Positions 31,056 to 39,969 of a stretch of DNA of 42,997 nt are shown one piece after another. The number at the start of each line of letters is the position of its first letter. Position 1 is the first letter of the stretch. The notes under the pieces were generated by a model, which was given only the letters and a program-made list of their open reading frames with translations, did no database searches and had not been told where the DNA came from. Source of the stretch: Caldisericota bacterium (GTDB lineage Bacteria > Caldisericota > Caldisericia > UBA6126). The stretch lies in the NCBI GenBank assembly GCA_003566815.1, contig PXBT01000090.1, positions 1 through 42,997 of the forward strand, read 5' to 3'. The position numbers and the translations under genes were made by a program.

Positions 31056-31371
31056 TTCTGACCTCCAGTATTTTATAGACCATAATAAAAGCTGCTAAAA
31101 TGATAGAAAGGTCAAGAAGGGTTTCAAACTTAATCTGTCCCAACCCTATGCATGAAAGACAAAGAGTCATGGCCACACTATAGATGTCCATCAATTGACT
31201 CCTGAAAGCATCCCCTGCAAATACTGATTGAAAAGTCCCCGAACCAATAAGTATCAAAACCAGCCCAATTAACAACGCAATCCAAAACAACGAACCACTT
31301 TTTCGCTCAGTTTTAGCAGGATTGGTTGTATTTTTTTCCTGCTCCTGAGCTTTTTTTTCAAGTTCTGGCAT
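31039..31371 (-). CDS. Small three-helix membrane protein with intramembrane CLSC motif, unknown function
   Basis: 110 aa with a hydrophilic N-terminus and three hydrophobic helices. CxxC (MTLCLSCIGLG) lies in helix 2. AGGAAGGA SD. The 3' end overlaps the polyferredoxin start by 17 nt. Confidence 0.55.
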   Translation of the reverse strand: MPELEKKAQEQEKNTTNPAKTERKSGSLFWIALLIGLVLILIGSGTFQSVFAGDAFRSQLMDIYSVAMTLCLSCIGLGQIKFETLLDLSIILAAFIMVYKILEVRNAKKQ

Positions 31372-31449
31372 TTTTCCTTCCTTTCAATAAGATTAAAAAA
31401 TACTTATCTTACAGGTATCCTCTTATTAAGCTTTTTTATAGCAGTCTTT

Positions 31450-31477
31450 TTGACAGTTTCAAGAGAAAAAGTATAAT
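31450..31477 (+). promoter_or_regulatory. Near-consensus sigma70 promoter for efp
   Basis: TTGACA (31450-31455), 16-nt spacer, TATAAT (31472-31477). GGGAGG SD at 31495-31500, 6 nt before the efp ATG. Confidence 0.6.
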
Positions 31478-31506
31478 TTCGTTCACAGTTTTTTGGGAGG
31501 TTATGC

Positions 31507-32070
31507 ATGATTACAGCAAACGAATTGCGAAATGGCAAAGCTTTTGAGCTTGATGGTGAATTGTATATCGTCACTTCTTTTCAGCACATTAAACCAGGAA
31601 AAGGATCCCCTTTTGTAAGAATAAAAATGAGAGGCATCAAAACCAATTCCACCCTGGAGAAAACTTTTCGTCCTGATGAAAAGGTTCAGGACGCTTTTCT
31701 GGAATCCAAAAAAATGCAATACCTCTACAAAGATGCTGATCAATATATTTTCATGGATACTGAAACCTATGAGCAACTATCTCTTTATGAAAAAGAACTC
31801 GAAGAAGAAGCGCCCTATTTGCTCGAAAACAATTTTGTCAGCATTCTTTTTTATAATGATAAACCCATAGGCATTGACCTTCCAGTCAATATTACCCTTC
31901 GTGTCACCCATACCGAGCCAGGCTTCAAAGGAGATACAGCTCAAGGAGGGAGCAAACCGGCAACCCTCGAAACAGGGTTGAGCATTCAGGTGCCCCTTTT
32001 TATTGAAGAAGGCGATATGATTAAGGTTGATACGCGAAGTGGAGATTATATTGAACGGGTCAATAGTTAA
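31507..32070 (+). CDS. efp: Translation elongation factor P
   Basis: MITANELRNGKAFELDGELYIV..FQHIKPGKGSPFVRIKMR with the conserved loop Lys32. 187 aa. Confidence 0.9.
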   Translation: MITANELRNGKAFELDGELYIVTSFQHIKPGKGSPFVRIKMRGIKTNSTLEKTFRPDEKVQDAFLESKKMQYLYKDADQYIFMDTETYEQLSLYEKELEEEAPYLLENNFVSILFYNDKPIGIDLPVNITLRVTHTEPGFKGDTAQGGSKPATLETGLSIQVPLFIEEGDMIKVDTRSGDYIERVNS

Positions 32071-32075
32071 TATTT

Positions 32076-32546
32076 TTGCTCATGTCCGAAATATCAAATG
32101 AAATCAACCAAAAATTGCATGATCGTGTTTTTGTATTACTTTATCAACGAGAATTCAGAGATGATCCTGTAGAAAAGTTATACGAAATTACATTTTCCAG
32201 CGACTTCATTATGATTCCTATTAGCTCTTTGGTTATTAAATTAACGGAAGAAGTATTGAGTAAAAAAGAAGAAATTGATAAAATAATAGAAGCTTTTTTA
32301 GAAAATTGGACTATAGATAGAATCATGACAAGCGACAAGGAAGTGCTAAGGTTGGCTATTTATCAGTTAATAATATGTCGAAGCCAGGCTTCAAGTATTG
32401 TGATAGACCGAGCAATTCGAATTGCAAAAAAATATGGAGACAAAAATTCAGGCAAATTTGTTAATGGAATTTTAGGTGCTGTTTATCGTAAATACCTGCC
32501 TTGCGAGTCTATGGAAAACGGATCGGATCAGGCAAGCAATGTTTGA
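32076..32546 (+). CDS. nusB: Transcription antitermination factor NusB
   Basis: RVFVLLYQREF...TIDRIMTSDKEVLRLAIYQL...AIRIAKKYGDKNSGKFVNGILG. The start may be the ATG at 32082 rather than the TTG at 32076. Confidence 0.8.
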   Translation: MLMSEISNEINQKLHDRVFVLLYQREFRDDPVEKLYEITFSSDFIMIPISSLVIKLTEEVLSKKEEIDKIIEAFLENWTIDRIMTSDKEVLRLAIYQLIICRSQASSIVIDRAIRIAKKYGDKNSGKFVNGILGAVYRKYLPCESMENGSDQASNV

Positions 32547-33411
32547 TCCAAAGCAAATGACTCATGAAATACAAAACAAGAAAGACCAGATTGAACAAGC
32601 TCTAACTCAATGCATTGAACCTTTAAAAAAGAAGTCTTCCCTTTATGCTTCCATTGCCTATAGTATTTTTTCCGGAGGAAAAAGAATTCGTCCCCTTTTT
32701 CTGTTGTCCGCCTATGAAACCATGAGCGGTGGAAAACCTATTGAGCCAGCTTTGATCCCAGCCTGCGCACTTGAATTGATTCATTCTTATTCATTAATTC
32801 ATGACGATTTGCCTTGCATGGATAATAGCGACAAAAGGAGAGGGAAAGCCACCAATCATATAATCTATGGAGAAGATATAGCCTTGCTGGCAGGAGATGC
32901 TTTGCTCACTTATGCTTTTATGCTTCTGAGTGGCAAAGAATGCAAAAAATATCTTGATAATGAACAAATGGTGCAGCTTGTACACTGTCTCTCATATCAT
33001 AGTGGAATCAATGGAATGGTGGAGGGGCAGGCCTTTGAATTGATACAGGAAGATTTAAAAATGGAAAATATTCATTATATTGACGAACATAAAACAGCTG
33101 CTCTTTTTTCTGCATCTTTTATCATGGGTGGAATTGTGGCTAAAGTCAATTTTGAGCATTTGGACCGGCTTGGCTCATTGGGTCGTTCTTTTGGTCATGC
33201 TTTTCAAATTGCTGACGATATTTCAGATTTTGACCCCTCCAGCAATGAATCAAATATTGTTAAATTGTTAGGAAAAGAAAAAAGCATCGAACTTTACCAA
33301 CAACATATGATAAAAGTTAATCATACGCTGGACCAAATTTATACTACATTTGACCATCCCTCTCTTAAAAATTTAATTTCATGGATTCAACATACATCCA
33401 ACATTGTATGA
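32539..33411 (+). CDS. ispA: Polyprenyl (farnesyl/geranylgeranyl) diphosphate synthase
   Basis: FARM LIHDDLPCMDNSDKRRG and SARM FQIADDISD. The start at MFDPKQ (32539) overlaps the nusB stop by 8 nt. The ORF-track start at 32476 lies inside nusB. Confidence 0.85.
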   Translation: MFDPKQMTHEIQNKKDQIEQALTQCIEPLKKKSSLYASIAYSIFSGGKRIRPLFLLSAYETMSGGKPIEPALIPACALELIHSYSLIHDDLPCMDNSDKRRGKATNHIIYGEDIALLAGDALLTYAFMLLSGKECKKYLDNEQMVQLVHCLSYHSGINGMVEGQAFELIQEDLKMENIHYIDEHKTAALFSASFIMGGIVAKVNFEHLDRLGSLGRSFGHAFQIADDISDFDPSSNESNIVKLLGKEKSIELYQQHMIKVNHTLDQIYTTFDHPSLKNLISWIQHTSNIV

Positions 33412-35294
33412 ATATTCCACCTTCTCCCGACCAATTAAAATGCTTAAGTGAAGAAGAATTATATGCTTTGGCAAAAGATATTCGTTTAAAAATTATCGAA
33501 ACAGTTTCAAAGCAAGGTGGACACTTATCCTCAAACCTTGGAGTTGTTGAACTTAGCATAGCATTATTAAAATGCTTTGACCCCTTGAAGGATGATATCC
33601 TTTTTGATGTTGGACACCAATCCTACCCTTTCAAATTATTAACTGATCGCTGGGAAAAATTTTCCACTTTAAGGCAGGAAAATGGCATCAGTGGATTTCC
33701 CGATCCGAGAGAGAGCCCGTATGACAAATTTATTTCCGGACATTCGAGCACAGCTTTGGCCATTGGAGCAGGATTTGCAATTGAAAAACAATATAATCAA
33801 AAATCAAATCATTCCCATACGATTGTTGTTTTCGGAGATGGTTCCATAACAGGCGGAGAATCTTTTGAGTCTCTCAATGCCATAGGGCACCTTCAATTGC
33901 CCATTATAGCAATTCTGAATGACAATAAAATGTCTATCTCTCCAAATGTGGGAGCCCTTGCCACTTCATTCACTCGATCATTCACTCGTTTCAGAAAAAG
34001 CAAAACCTGCAAAAAACTAAAAAAAACCTATCATCAACAATTAAAACAATGGGGCAAGTGGGGCAAAACTATTGAATTAATTGGGGAGAAAGCAAAATCT
34101 CTCGTTAAACAAGTCTTGTTTCCTGAGATGTTTTTTGAGGAATTGGGTTTTTTTTATATGGGGCCAGTCGATGGACACCATATCAAAGAATGTTGCAATA
34201 TGTTGTTGCAAGCAAAAGAAATCAACCAGCCTGTACTTATCCATGCTTATACCCAAAAAGGAAAGGGTTTTTTGCATGCAGAAAGCAACCCGGTCCTATT
34301 TCACAGCTCTCCTCCTTTTGTAGTCGAAAAACAAAACTGCAAAACTCATGCCTCTTCAACCTCTTTTTCAAAGGTATTTGGAGAAGCTCTGGTTGAAGCA
34401 AAAACACAACACCAAAAACTCTACGCTCTGACTGCCGCAATGACTGATGGTTTGGGTTTAAAATCATTTTCGCAGGAACATTCCTGTCATTTTTTTGATT
34501 TTGGCATTGCTGAGCAACATATGGTTTCCTGCGCTGCAGGAATGGCTCATAAAGGCTTGAAGCCAGTGGTAGGCATATATTCAACATTTCTCCAGCGAGC
34601 CCTTGACCAGATTATTCATGATTGCGCCATACTCAAAGAACCTGTCGTTTTTGCTATCGATCGAGCAGGGGCTGTATCAGATGATGGTCCTACTCACCAG
34701 GGCATATTTGATTTATCCTTTCTGCTGCCTGTGCCTAATGCTGTGATCATGGCTCCTTCATCAGCGCTTGAATTAAAAGCTATGCTTCTCTGGTCTTTGG
34801 AACAAGATCAAGGACCTATTTTCATTCGTTACCCGAAAGATTCAGCTCCCAGGCACCCATTAACTTCTCCTGTTGTCAAAGGAAAGGCATTGACCATTAA
34901 AGAAGGTCATGATGTCACAATCATTTTTTTAGGTCCATTTCAAAAAATGGTGGAAGAAATTGCTACGATTCTTTCACAGCAAAATCATAGCGTTGGCTTG
35001 GTGAATGCAAGGTTTGCCAAGCCTTTGGATGAAGAATGCATCTTGCACTGCGCCTCTTCGAGCAAGCTATTGGTAACTATAGAAGATGGAGTCATTCAGG
35101 GTGGTTTTGGCAATACAATTCTGTCCCTGCTGCATCAAAAGAAATATCAATCAGCTCAAATGTTGAGCATGGGATTGCCTTCAGATTTTCCAGGCACAAT
35201 GAAAAGAAATAAAATATTGGAAAAAGCAGGCATATCCCCTGAAAATATAAGTAAAAAAATTATTGAAAGGCTGGTCCAGCTAAAAACAACATGA
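33408..35294 (+). CDS. dxs: 1-deoxy-D-xylulose-5-phosphate synthase
   Basis: GGHLSSNLGVVELSIAL, VGHQSYPFKLLT, GDGSITGG, FDFGIAEQH. I moved the start to MNIPP (33408), giving an ATGA overlap with the ispA stop. Confidence 0.9.
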   Translation: MNIPPSPDQLKCLSEEELYALAKDIRLKIIETVSKQGGHLSSNLGVVELSIALLKCFDPLKDDILFDVGHQSYPFKLLTDRWEKFSTLRQENGISGFPDPRESPYDKFISGHSSTALAIGAGFAIEKQYNQKSNHSHTIVVFGDGSITGGESFESLNAIGHLQLPIIAILNDNKMSISPNVGALATSFTRSFTRFRKSKTCKKLKKTYHQQLKQWGKWGKTIELIGEKAKSLVKQVLFPEMFFEELGFFYMGPVDGHHIKECCNMLLQAKEINQPVLIHAYTQKGKGFLHAESNPVLFHSSPPFVVEKQNCKTHASSTSFSKVFGEALVEAKTQHQKLYALTAAMTDGLGLKSFSQEHSCHFFDFGIAEQHMVSCAAGMAHKGLKPVVGIYSTFLQRALDQIIHDCAILKEPVVFAIDRAGAVSDDGPTHQGIFDLSFLLPVPNAVIMAPSSALELKAMLLWSLEQDQGPIFIRYPKDSAPRHPLTSPVVKGKALTIKEGHDVTIIFLGPFQKMVEEIATILSQQNHSVGLVNARFAKPLDEECILHCASSSKLLVTIEDGVIQGGFGNTILSLLHQKKYQSAQMLSMGLPSDFPGTMKRNKILEKAGISPENISKKIIERLVQLKTT

Positions 35295-36139
35295 GAATAG
35301 GATTATTTTTTCGAAAACGCAATGAAAATTTAATTCGCATTGTCCAAAACATTGCATCACATATTTTATCCAAAGGATCAACCGTAATGCCAGCCCCTGA
35401 AATCCAGGATATTCTGCCGGATTGCCCTGCCTTTAATGAAAATCAACCTTGCGAAAAACCTGATGCTCTCATAAGCTTGGGAGGAGACGGAACATTGCTT
35501 CATGCTGCTCAATATGCTCTCCGTCAGGATATCCCTGTAATTGGGTTTAACTATGGCTTTACAGGCTTTTTAACCAACATAGAAAAAGAAGAAATATATC
35601 AAACGCTCGAATGCATTTTATCAGGATGTTACAAGATCAACTCCATAGCATCGCTAAAAGCCTCTATTTTTAGAAACGGAGAAAACATCAAATCACTCTA
35701 CTGTTTAAATGATTTTGTATTGCAACGAGATCCCTCGGAAAAAATTCTCACTACAGAAATCTACCTTGGAACGCAAAAAATTGCTTCTTTTCGGGGTGAT
35801 GGAATTATAGTTGCAACTCCCACTGGATCGACTGCCTACGCTCTTTCTGCTGGTGGCCCTGTGATTGATCCTGAATGTAATGTTTATCTTCTGACGCCAC
35901 TTTGTTCTCATCAACTCTCAGGAAGATCATTGGTTGTTCCTGAAGAAAAAAAACTATTTAGCAACATTTTCACCAAAGGGATCAAAACCAGATTTATCTG
36001 CGATGGTTCAAGCGAAATAATTGTCAAAGATCTGGACAGGATATCAATCGAACGGTATCATCGATCGTTAAAGATGATTGTATTGCACACCAAGAGCTTT
36101 TATCAAACTTTGAACCAAAAATTTCAATGGGGCTTATAA
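35291..36139 (+). CDS. nadK: NAD kinase
   Basis: GGDGTLL, NDFV, ATPTGSTAYALSAGGP. The start overlaps the dxs stop. Confidence 0.85.
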   Translation: MRIGLFFRKRNENLIRIVQNIASHILSKGSTVMPAPEIQDILPDCPAFNENQPCEKPDALISLGGDGTLLHAAQYALRQDIPVIGFNYGFTGFLTNIEKEEIYQTLECILSGCYKINSIASLKASIFRNGENIKSLYCLNDFVLQRDPSEKILTTEIYLGTQKIASFRGDGIIVATPTGSTAYALSAGGPVIDPECNVYLLTPLCSHQLSGRSLVVPEEKKLFSNIFTKGIKTRFICDGSSEIIVKDLDRISIERYHRSLKMIVLHTKSFYQTLNQKFQWGL

Positions 36140-36140
36140 C

Positions 36141-37865
36141 TTGATTCAGTCTATCCAAATTCACCGATTTATTCTTTCGCAAAATATTACCATTTCTCCA
36201 CAAGATGGTTTTAATGTTTTTACAGGCGAAACTGGAGCAGGAAAAACTCTGCTAATCAATGCTATTCGTTTTGGCACAGGGGAAAATTTGAGTAGAGATG
36301 TGGTTTTCAACACTGAGCAAGCACCCCATGTGCAAATCAGCTTTAAAATACCTGAAAACAAACAGGGATCTGTGGATGCTTTTCCTTATAACACTGAGGA
36401 GTGGATTTGTGAGCGATATCTTACGCCATCTGGAAAAAATAGAACAAGAATTAACGGAATTTTAGTTCCATTGAAAGAATACAAAAAAACGATAAAAGGT
36501 CTTATTTCCATTCACGGTCAACACGATACAGGACACCTTTTTTCCAATAAATCCCAACTACAACTTTTTGACCGATATTTTTACAACGATCTATCTGAGC
36601 ACATTTCCTTCATCCAACAAAACCGTTCCTCCTATATCCAATCCAAAGAACAATTGATTCAACACAAAGAACTTGTCCATCAGCGATGGAAGGAGCTGGA
36701 TTTTCTTAAATTTCAAATCGATGAAATTGATAAAGCCAATTTGGATCCCAATGAAGAGCAGGAACTGCTAAAAGAAAAAAACCTGTTAAGTCATACTCAA
36801 CACATTATTGAATCTATTCACCATCTCCAAAGTATCCTTGAAGATGATCAGGCTCAGGGATGGTCCATGGATCAGGCACTCTCACAATCTGTTCAGTGTT
36901 TATCAGGTATTTCAATGCATACTCCTCTTTTAAAGCAATGTCATGAAACCATGCAAACCGCCCAAAATCTTATAAGAGATTTACTGAGAGATCTTGGTAA
37001 TGAAAAAGATCGTCTTCTGAATGACTATGATAAAGACAAACTTGAGGCCCTGGTGTCTCGACTTGATGAAATCCAATTACTAAAAAGAAAATATGGTCAA
37101 AATATCATCGATATACTTCAAACCCGCAAGCAATTGGCAGAAAAACTTGAATCACTCGAGCAGGAAGAAATCAACATTGAGCAACTGAAAGATAAAGTCT
37201 CCCGGTTGGAAAAAAACCTGACCCACCATGCTCTTGCATTGAGCAAAAAAAGGCAGGGTTTAAAACATCAATTTGAAGAAGCTGTAAAAAAAGAATTATC
37301 AGGTCTGGGGATGGAAAAAGTTCAATTTCAAATTGATTTTAAAAAAGAGCTTCGAGAAGGCTTATCTTGTCTGAACATTCAAGAACGATCATTTTTTCTT
37401 TTTGAAAATGGCATTGATGTGATTAGTTATCAAATTTCAACCAATCCGGGCCAGGAGCTCATGCCAATGAATAAAATTGCTTCCGGGGGTGAGCTTTCAC
37501 GTATTATGCTTTCCATTCAAAGCATCCTGGGGCATGCTGATCAAACTTCCACTCTTATCTTTGATGAAATTGACAGTGGAATTGGAGGTCAAATGGGACA
37601 CTTATTAGGAGAAAAGCTAAAAAAACTCTCGAATAATCATCAAGTAATCTGCATCACGCACTTGCCTCAAATAGCCTCAAGAGCTCATCAGCATTTTAAT
37701 ATATCCAAGAAAATTCAAAATAATACTACCACTATCCAGGTTCAATCATTAAGCTCGGAAGAAAGAGTGCTTGAAATTACTCGCATGACCGGTGGCAATG
37801 AACAATCTGAGGCTTCATTGGCCCATGCAAAAGAAATGCTGGAAAAAGGTGATCATGAAAAATAA
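36141..37865 (+). CDS. recN: DNA repair protein RecN
   Basis: Walker A GETGAGKTLL, a long coiled-coil middle, SMC signature SGGELSR, Walker B LIFDEIDSG. The TTG start is 1 nt after the nadK stop. Confidence 0.85.
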   Translation: MIQSIQIHRFILSQNITISPQDGFNVFTGETGAGKTLLINAIRFGTGENLSRDVVFNTEQAPHVQISFKIPENKQGSVDAFPYNTEEWICERYLTPSGKNRTRINGILVPLKEYKKTIKGLISIHGQHDTGHLFSNKSQLQLFDRYFYNDLSEHISFIQQNRSSYIQSKEQLIQHKELVHQRWKELDFLKFQIDEIDKANLDPNEEQELLKEKNLLSHTQHIIESIHHLQSILEDDQAQGWSMDQALSQSVQCLSGISMHTPLLKQCHETMQTAQNLIRDLLRDLGNEKDRLLNDYDKDKLEALVSRLDEIQLLKRKYGQNIIDILQTRKQLAEKLESLEQEEINIEQLKDKVSRLEKNLTHHALALSKKRQGLKHQFEEAVKKELSGLGMEKVQFQIDFKKELREGLSCLNIQERSFFLFENGIDVISYQISTNPGQELMPMNKIASGGELSRIMLSIQSILGHADQTSTLIFDEIDSGIGGQMGHLLGEKLKKLSNNHQVICITHLPQIASRAHQHFNISKKIQNNTTTIQVQSLSSEERVLEITRMTGGNEQSEASLAHAKEMLEKGDHEK

Positions 37866-38949
37866 ACAGTCAAATGCCATCATTGTTGGTGACAAAAAAA
37901 CTCCAGAAACCTCTCGTGAACTTGAACTGCTTTTAAATACCCTTCATATTAACACAGAAGTTGTTTTTCCGATTGATACTTCTAAAATTCATCCCGCCAC
38001 CTTTCTTACCAAAGGCAAATTGGAAGAGTTGTTGTTATTATCTCAAGCGCTTCAAGTTGATTTTATTGCTTTTGACGATGAGCTTGGCTATACACAAATT
38101 CGCAACTTAAGCAAAAAGTTTTCCTCCATTATTACAGATCGCCCAAGAATCATATTGGATATCTTTTCTTCTCGAGCTACTTCTCGAGAAGGTAAAATAC
38201 AAGTCCAGCTGGCAGTATTGAAAAAAAGACTCCCTGAAATCGTGCAACAGCATCAATCCTATGACCAGCAAGTGGGTTTTATTGGAGGCAAAGGCCCTGG
38301 AGAAAGAAAAATTGAAATTACAAGAAGAAACATATATCAAAAAATCCATAGGCTTAACCTTCAGCTTAAAGGATTGGAAAAACAACGAAAAACTAAAAGA
38401 GATCGTAGATTAAGCTCCAATCAATTTTTGGTTTCTATTGTAGGTTATACCAATGCTGGCAAATCCACTCTTTTTAATGCACTCACTAAAGACCAAACGC
38501 CAACTGATGACTTATTGTTCCATACGCTTGATACAAGAACCAGAAAGGGTTTTTTAAGCAACTCTTTGGGGTATGCGCTATACAGTGATACAGTGGGGTT
38601 TATTCGGAAGCTTCCTCATGAGCTTGTAGAGGCGTTCAAGGGAACTCTGGAAGAGATACGCTATGCTGATCTTTTGCTTATAGTGGTTGATGTGAGTGAT
38701 CCTGATTTCCCATTACATTTAAATACAGTCAAAGACACTCTCCTGGATCTTCAAGCACAACATATTCGTCAAATTATTGTTTACAACAAAGCTGATCTTT
38801 ATCCTGAGAAAACCAACTTTAACGCTTTAATGAAACAATATGGAGATGGCATTTTGGTCTCAGCCCTAAAAAAAGGAAATATTGATTCCCTGAAAAAAGA
38901 AATCATATTCCAGATAGAATCAAGTCTTTCATCTTTCAATGAAGCCTGA
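37855..38949 (+). CDS. hflX: GTPase HflX
   Basis: HflX N-domain (RPRIILDIFSSRATSREGKIQVQLA), GERKIE, G1 GYTNAGKST, G3 DTVGF, G4 NKAD. The start at MKNKQ (37855) overlaps recN by 11 nt. Confidence 0.85.
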   Translation: MKNKQSNAIIVGDKKTPETSRELELLLNTLHINTEVVFPIDTSKIHPATFLTKGKLEELLLLSQALQVDFIAFDDELGYTQIRNLSKKFSSIITDRPRIILDIFSSRATSREGKIQVQLAVLKKRLPEIVQQHQSYDQQVGFIGGKGPGERKIEITRRNIYQKIHRLNLQLKGLEKQRKTKRDRRLSSNQFLVSIVGYTNAGKSTLFNALTKDQTPTDDLLFHTLDTRTRKGFLSNSLGYALYSDTVGFIRKLPHELVEAFKGTLEEIRYADLLLIVVDVSDPDFPLHLNTVKDTLLDLQAQHIRQIIVYNKADLYPEKTNFNALMKQYGDGILVSALKKGNIDSLKKEIIFQIESSLSSFNEA

Positions 38950-39952
38950 AGCTCTAATTCGTCCCTTGATCATTGAAGGTAATAAAATTAAAATTCTTGA
39001 TCAACGCAAACTTCCTTTTTTAGAAGAGTGGCTTTTAATTGATCATCCTCAAGCAATGATAAATGCTATTCAGTCCCTGGCAGTCCGAGGAGCGCCCTTA
39101 CTTGGACTCGCTGGATTGGGCGGGATTTATCTCTCAGCTCTAGTCAGCTCTTCTTCAAAGGAGCATGAAGCATGGGTTGAAAAAATTATAAATGCCCGAC
39201 CCACCGCAGTACAGCTCTCTCTTGTTACGCGACAGGCATATCAGCTATATGCCCATCTATCATTGCATAGTCAAGCTTTAAAACTGGAACAACATTTTAA
39301 ACTTGTCGAAAAACAACTTTATCAAGAGTCTGAAAAAATTGCCATGCAAGGTCAAACTATCCTTCCTGAAAACGCAAACATTTTAACACATTGCAACACA
39401 GGTTCTCTAGCTATGGGCGGATGGGGAACAGCTTTAGGAATTTTTACTTACGGTTTTTTAAAGCTCAAAAAAAAACTGAACATTTTTTATACCGAAACTC
39501 GCCCTCTCCAACAAGGTCTTCGCTTAACAGGATTCGAATTATCAAAGTATGGTATCCCTTCACAATGTATCACTGACAGCGCCTCTGCATTTATGATGAG
39601 ACAGGGAATGATTGATCTTGTCATCACAGGAGCAGATAGAATTGCGGTCAACGGAGACACTGCAAATAAAATTGGTACCTTATCCATTGCTATTGCCGCA
39701 ACCTACCATAAGATCCCATTTTATATCGCAGCACCCCTTTCCACTTTGGACAGAAAGGCAGAAAATGGAAATAGTTTTCCCATTGAATACCGTTCAATGG
39801 ACGAGATCAGTCTTTGTTCAGCTTTTCAAGAGACCAGAAAAATACCCAAGTTTCAAGGTAAAAACCCTGCTTTTGATATAACCCCTTTTTCATTGATCGA
39901 TGCCTATATAACAGAAAAAGGGGTCTTGCGACCCCCTCTTCTTATTGATTAG
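38939..39952 (+). CDS. mtnA: S-methyl-5-thioribose-1-phosphate isomerase (eIF-2B alpha/beta/delta family)
   Basis: ILDQRKLP N-terminal signature, VRGAPLLG, THCNTGSLA (catalytic Cys), GADRIAVNGDTANKIGT (catalytic Asp). Confidence 0.75.
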   Translation: MKPEALIRPLIIEGNKIKILDQRKLPFLEEWLLIDHPQAMINAIQSLAVRGAPLLGLAGLGGIYLSALVSSSSKEHEAWVEKIINARPTAVQLSLVTRQAYQLYAHLSLHSQALKLEQHFKLVEKQLYQESEKIAMQGQTILPENANILTHCNTGSLAMGGWGTALGIFTYGFLKLKKKLNIFYTETRPLQQGLRLTGFELSKYGIPSQCITDSASAFMMRQGMIDLVITGADRIAVNGDTANKIGTLSIAIAATYHKIPFYIAAPLSTLDRKAENGNSFPIEYRSMDEISLCSAFQETRKIPKFQGKNPAFDITPFSLIDAYITEKGVLRPPLLID

Positions 39953-39969
39953 CTAAAGTTGATTGCTAA

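Noticed and set aside
31507-32070. The EF-P loop as a member of the unmodified PGKGP subfamily
   Set aside because: The loop reads KPGKGSPF. The second Pro is one position further along than in the PGKGP motif, so it does not fit that subfamily. No conclusion about the modification system is possible from this window.
38939-39952. The eIF-2B-family gene as a ribose-1,5-bisphosphate isomerase (archaeal AMP/RuBisCO pathway) instead of MtnA
   Set aside because: The N-terminal ILDQRKLP segment and overall length match MtnA-type enzymes. No type III RuBisCO or AMP phosphorylase gene is nearby. I kept the MtnA call but cannot exclude promiscuity.
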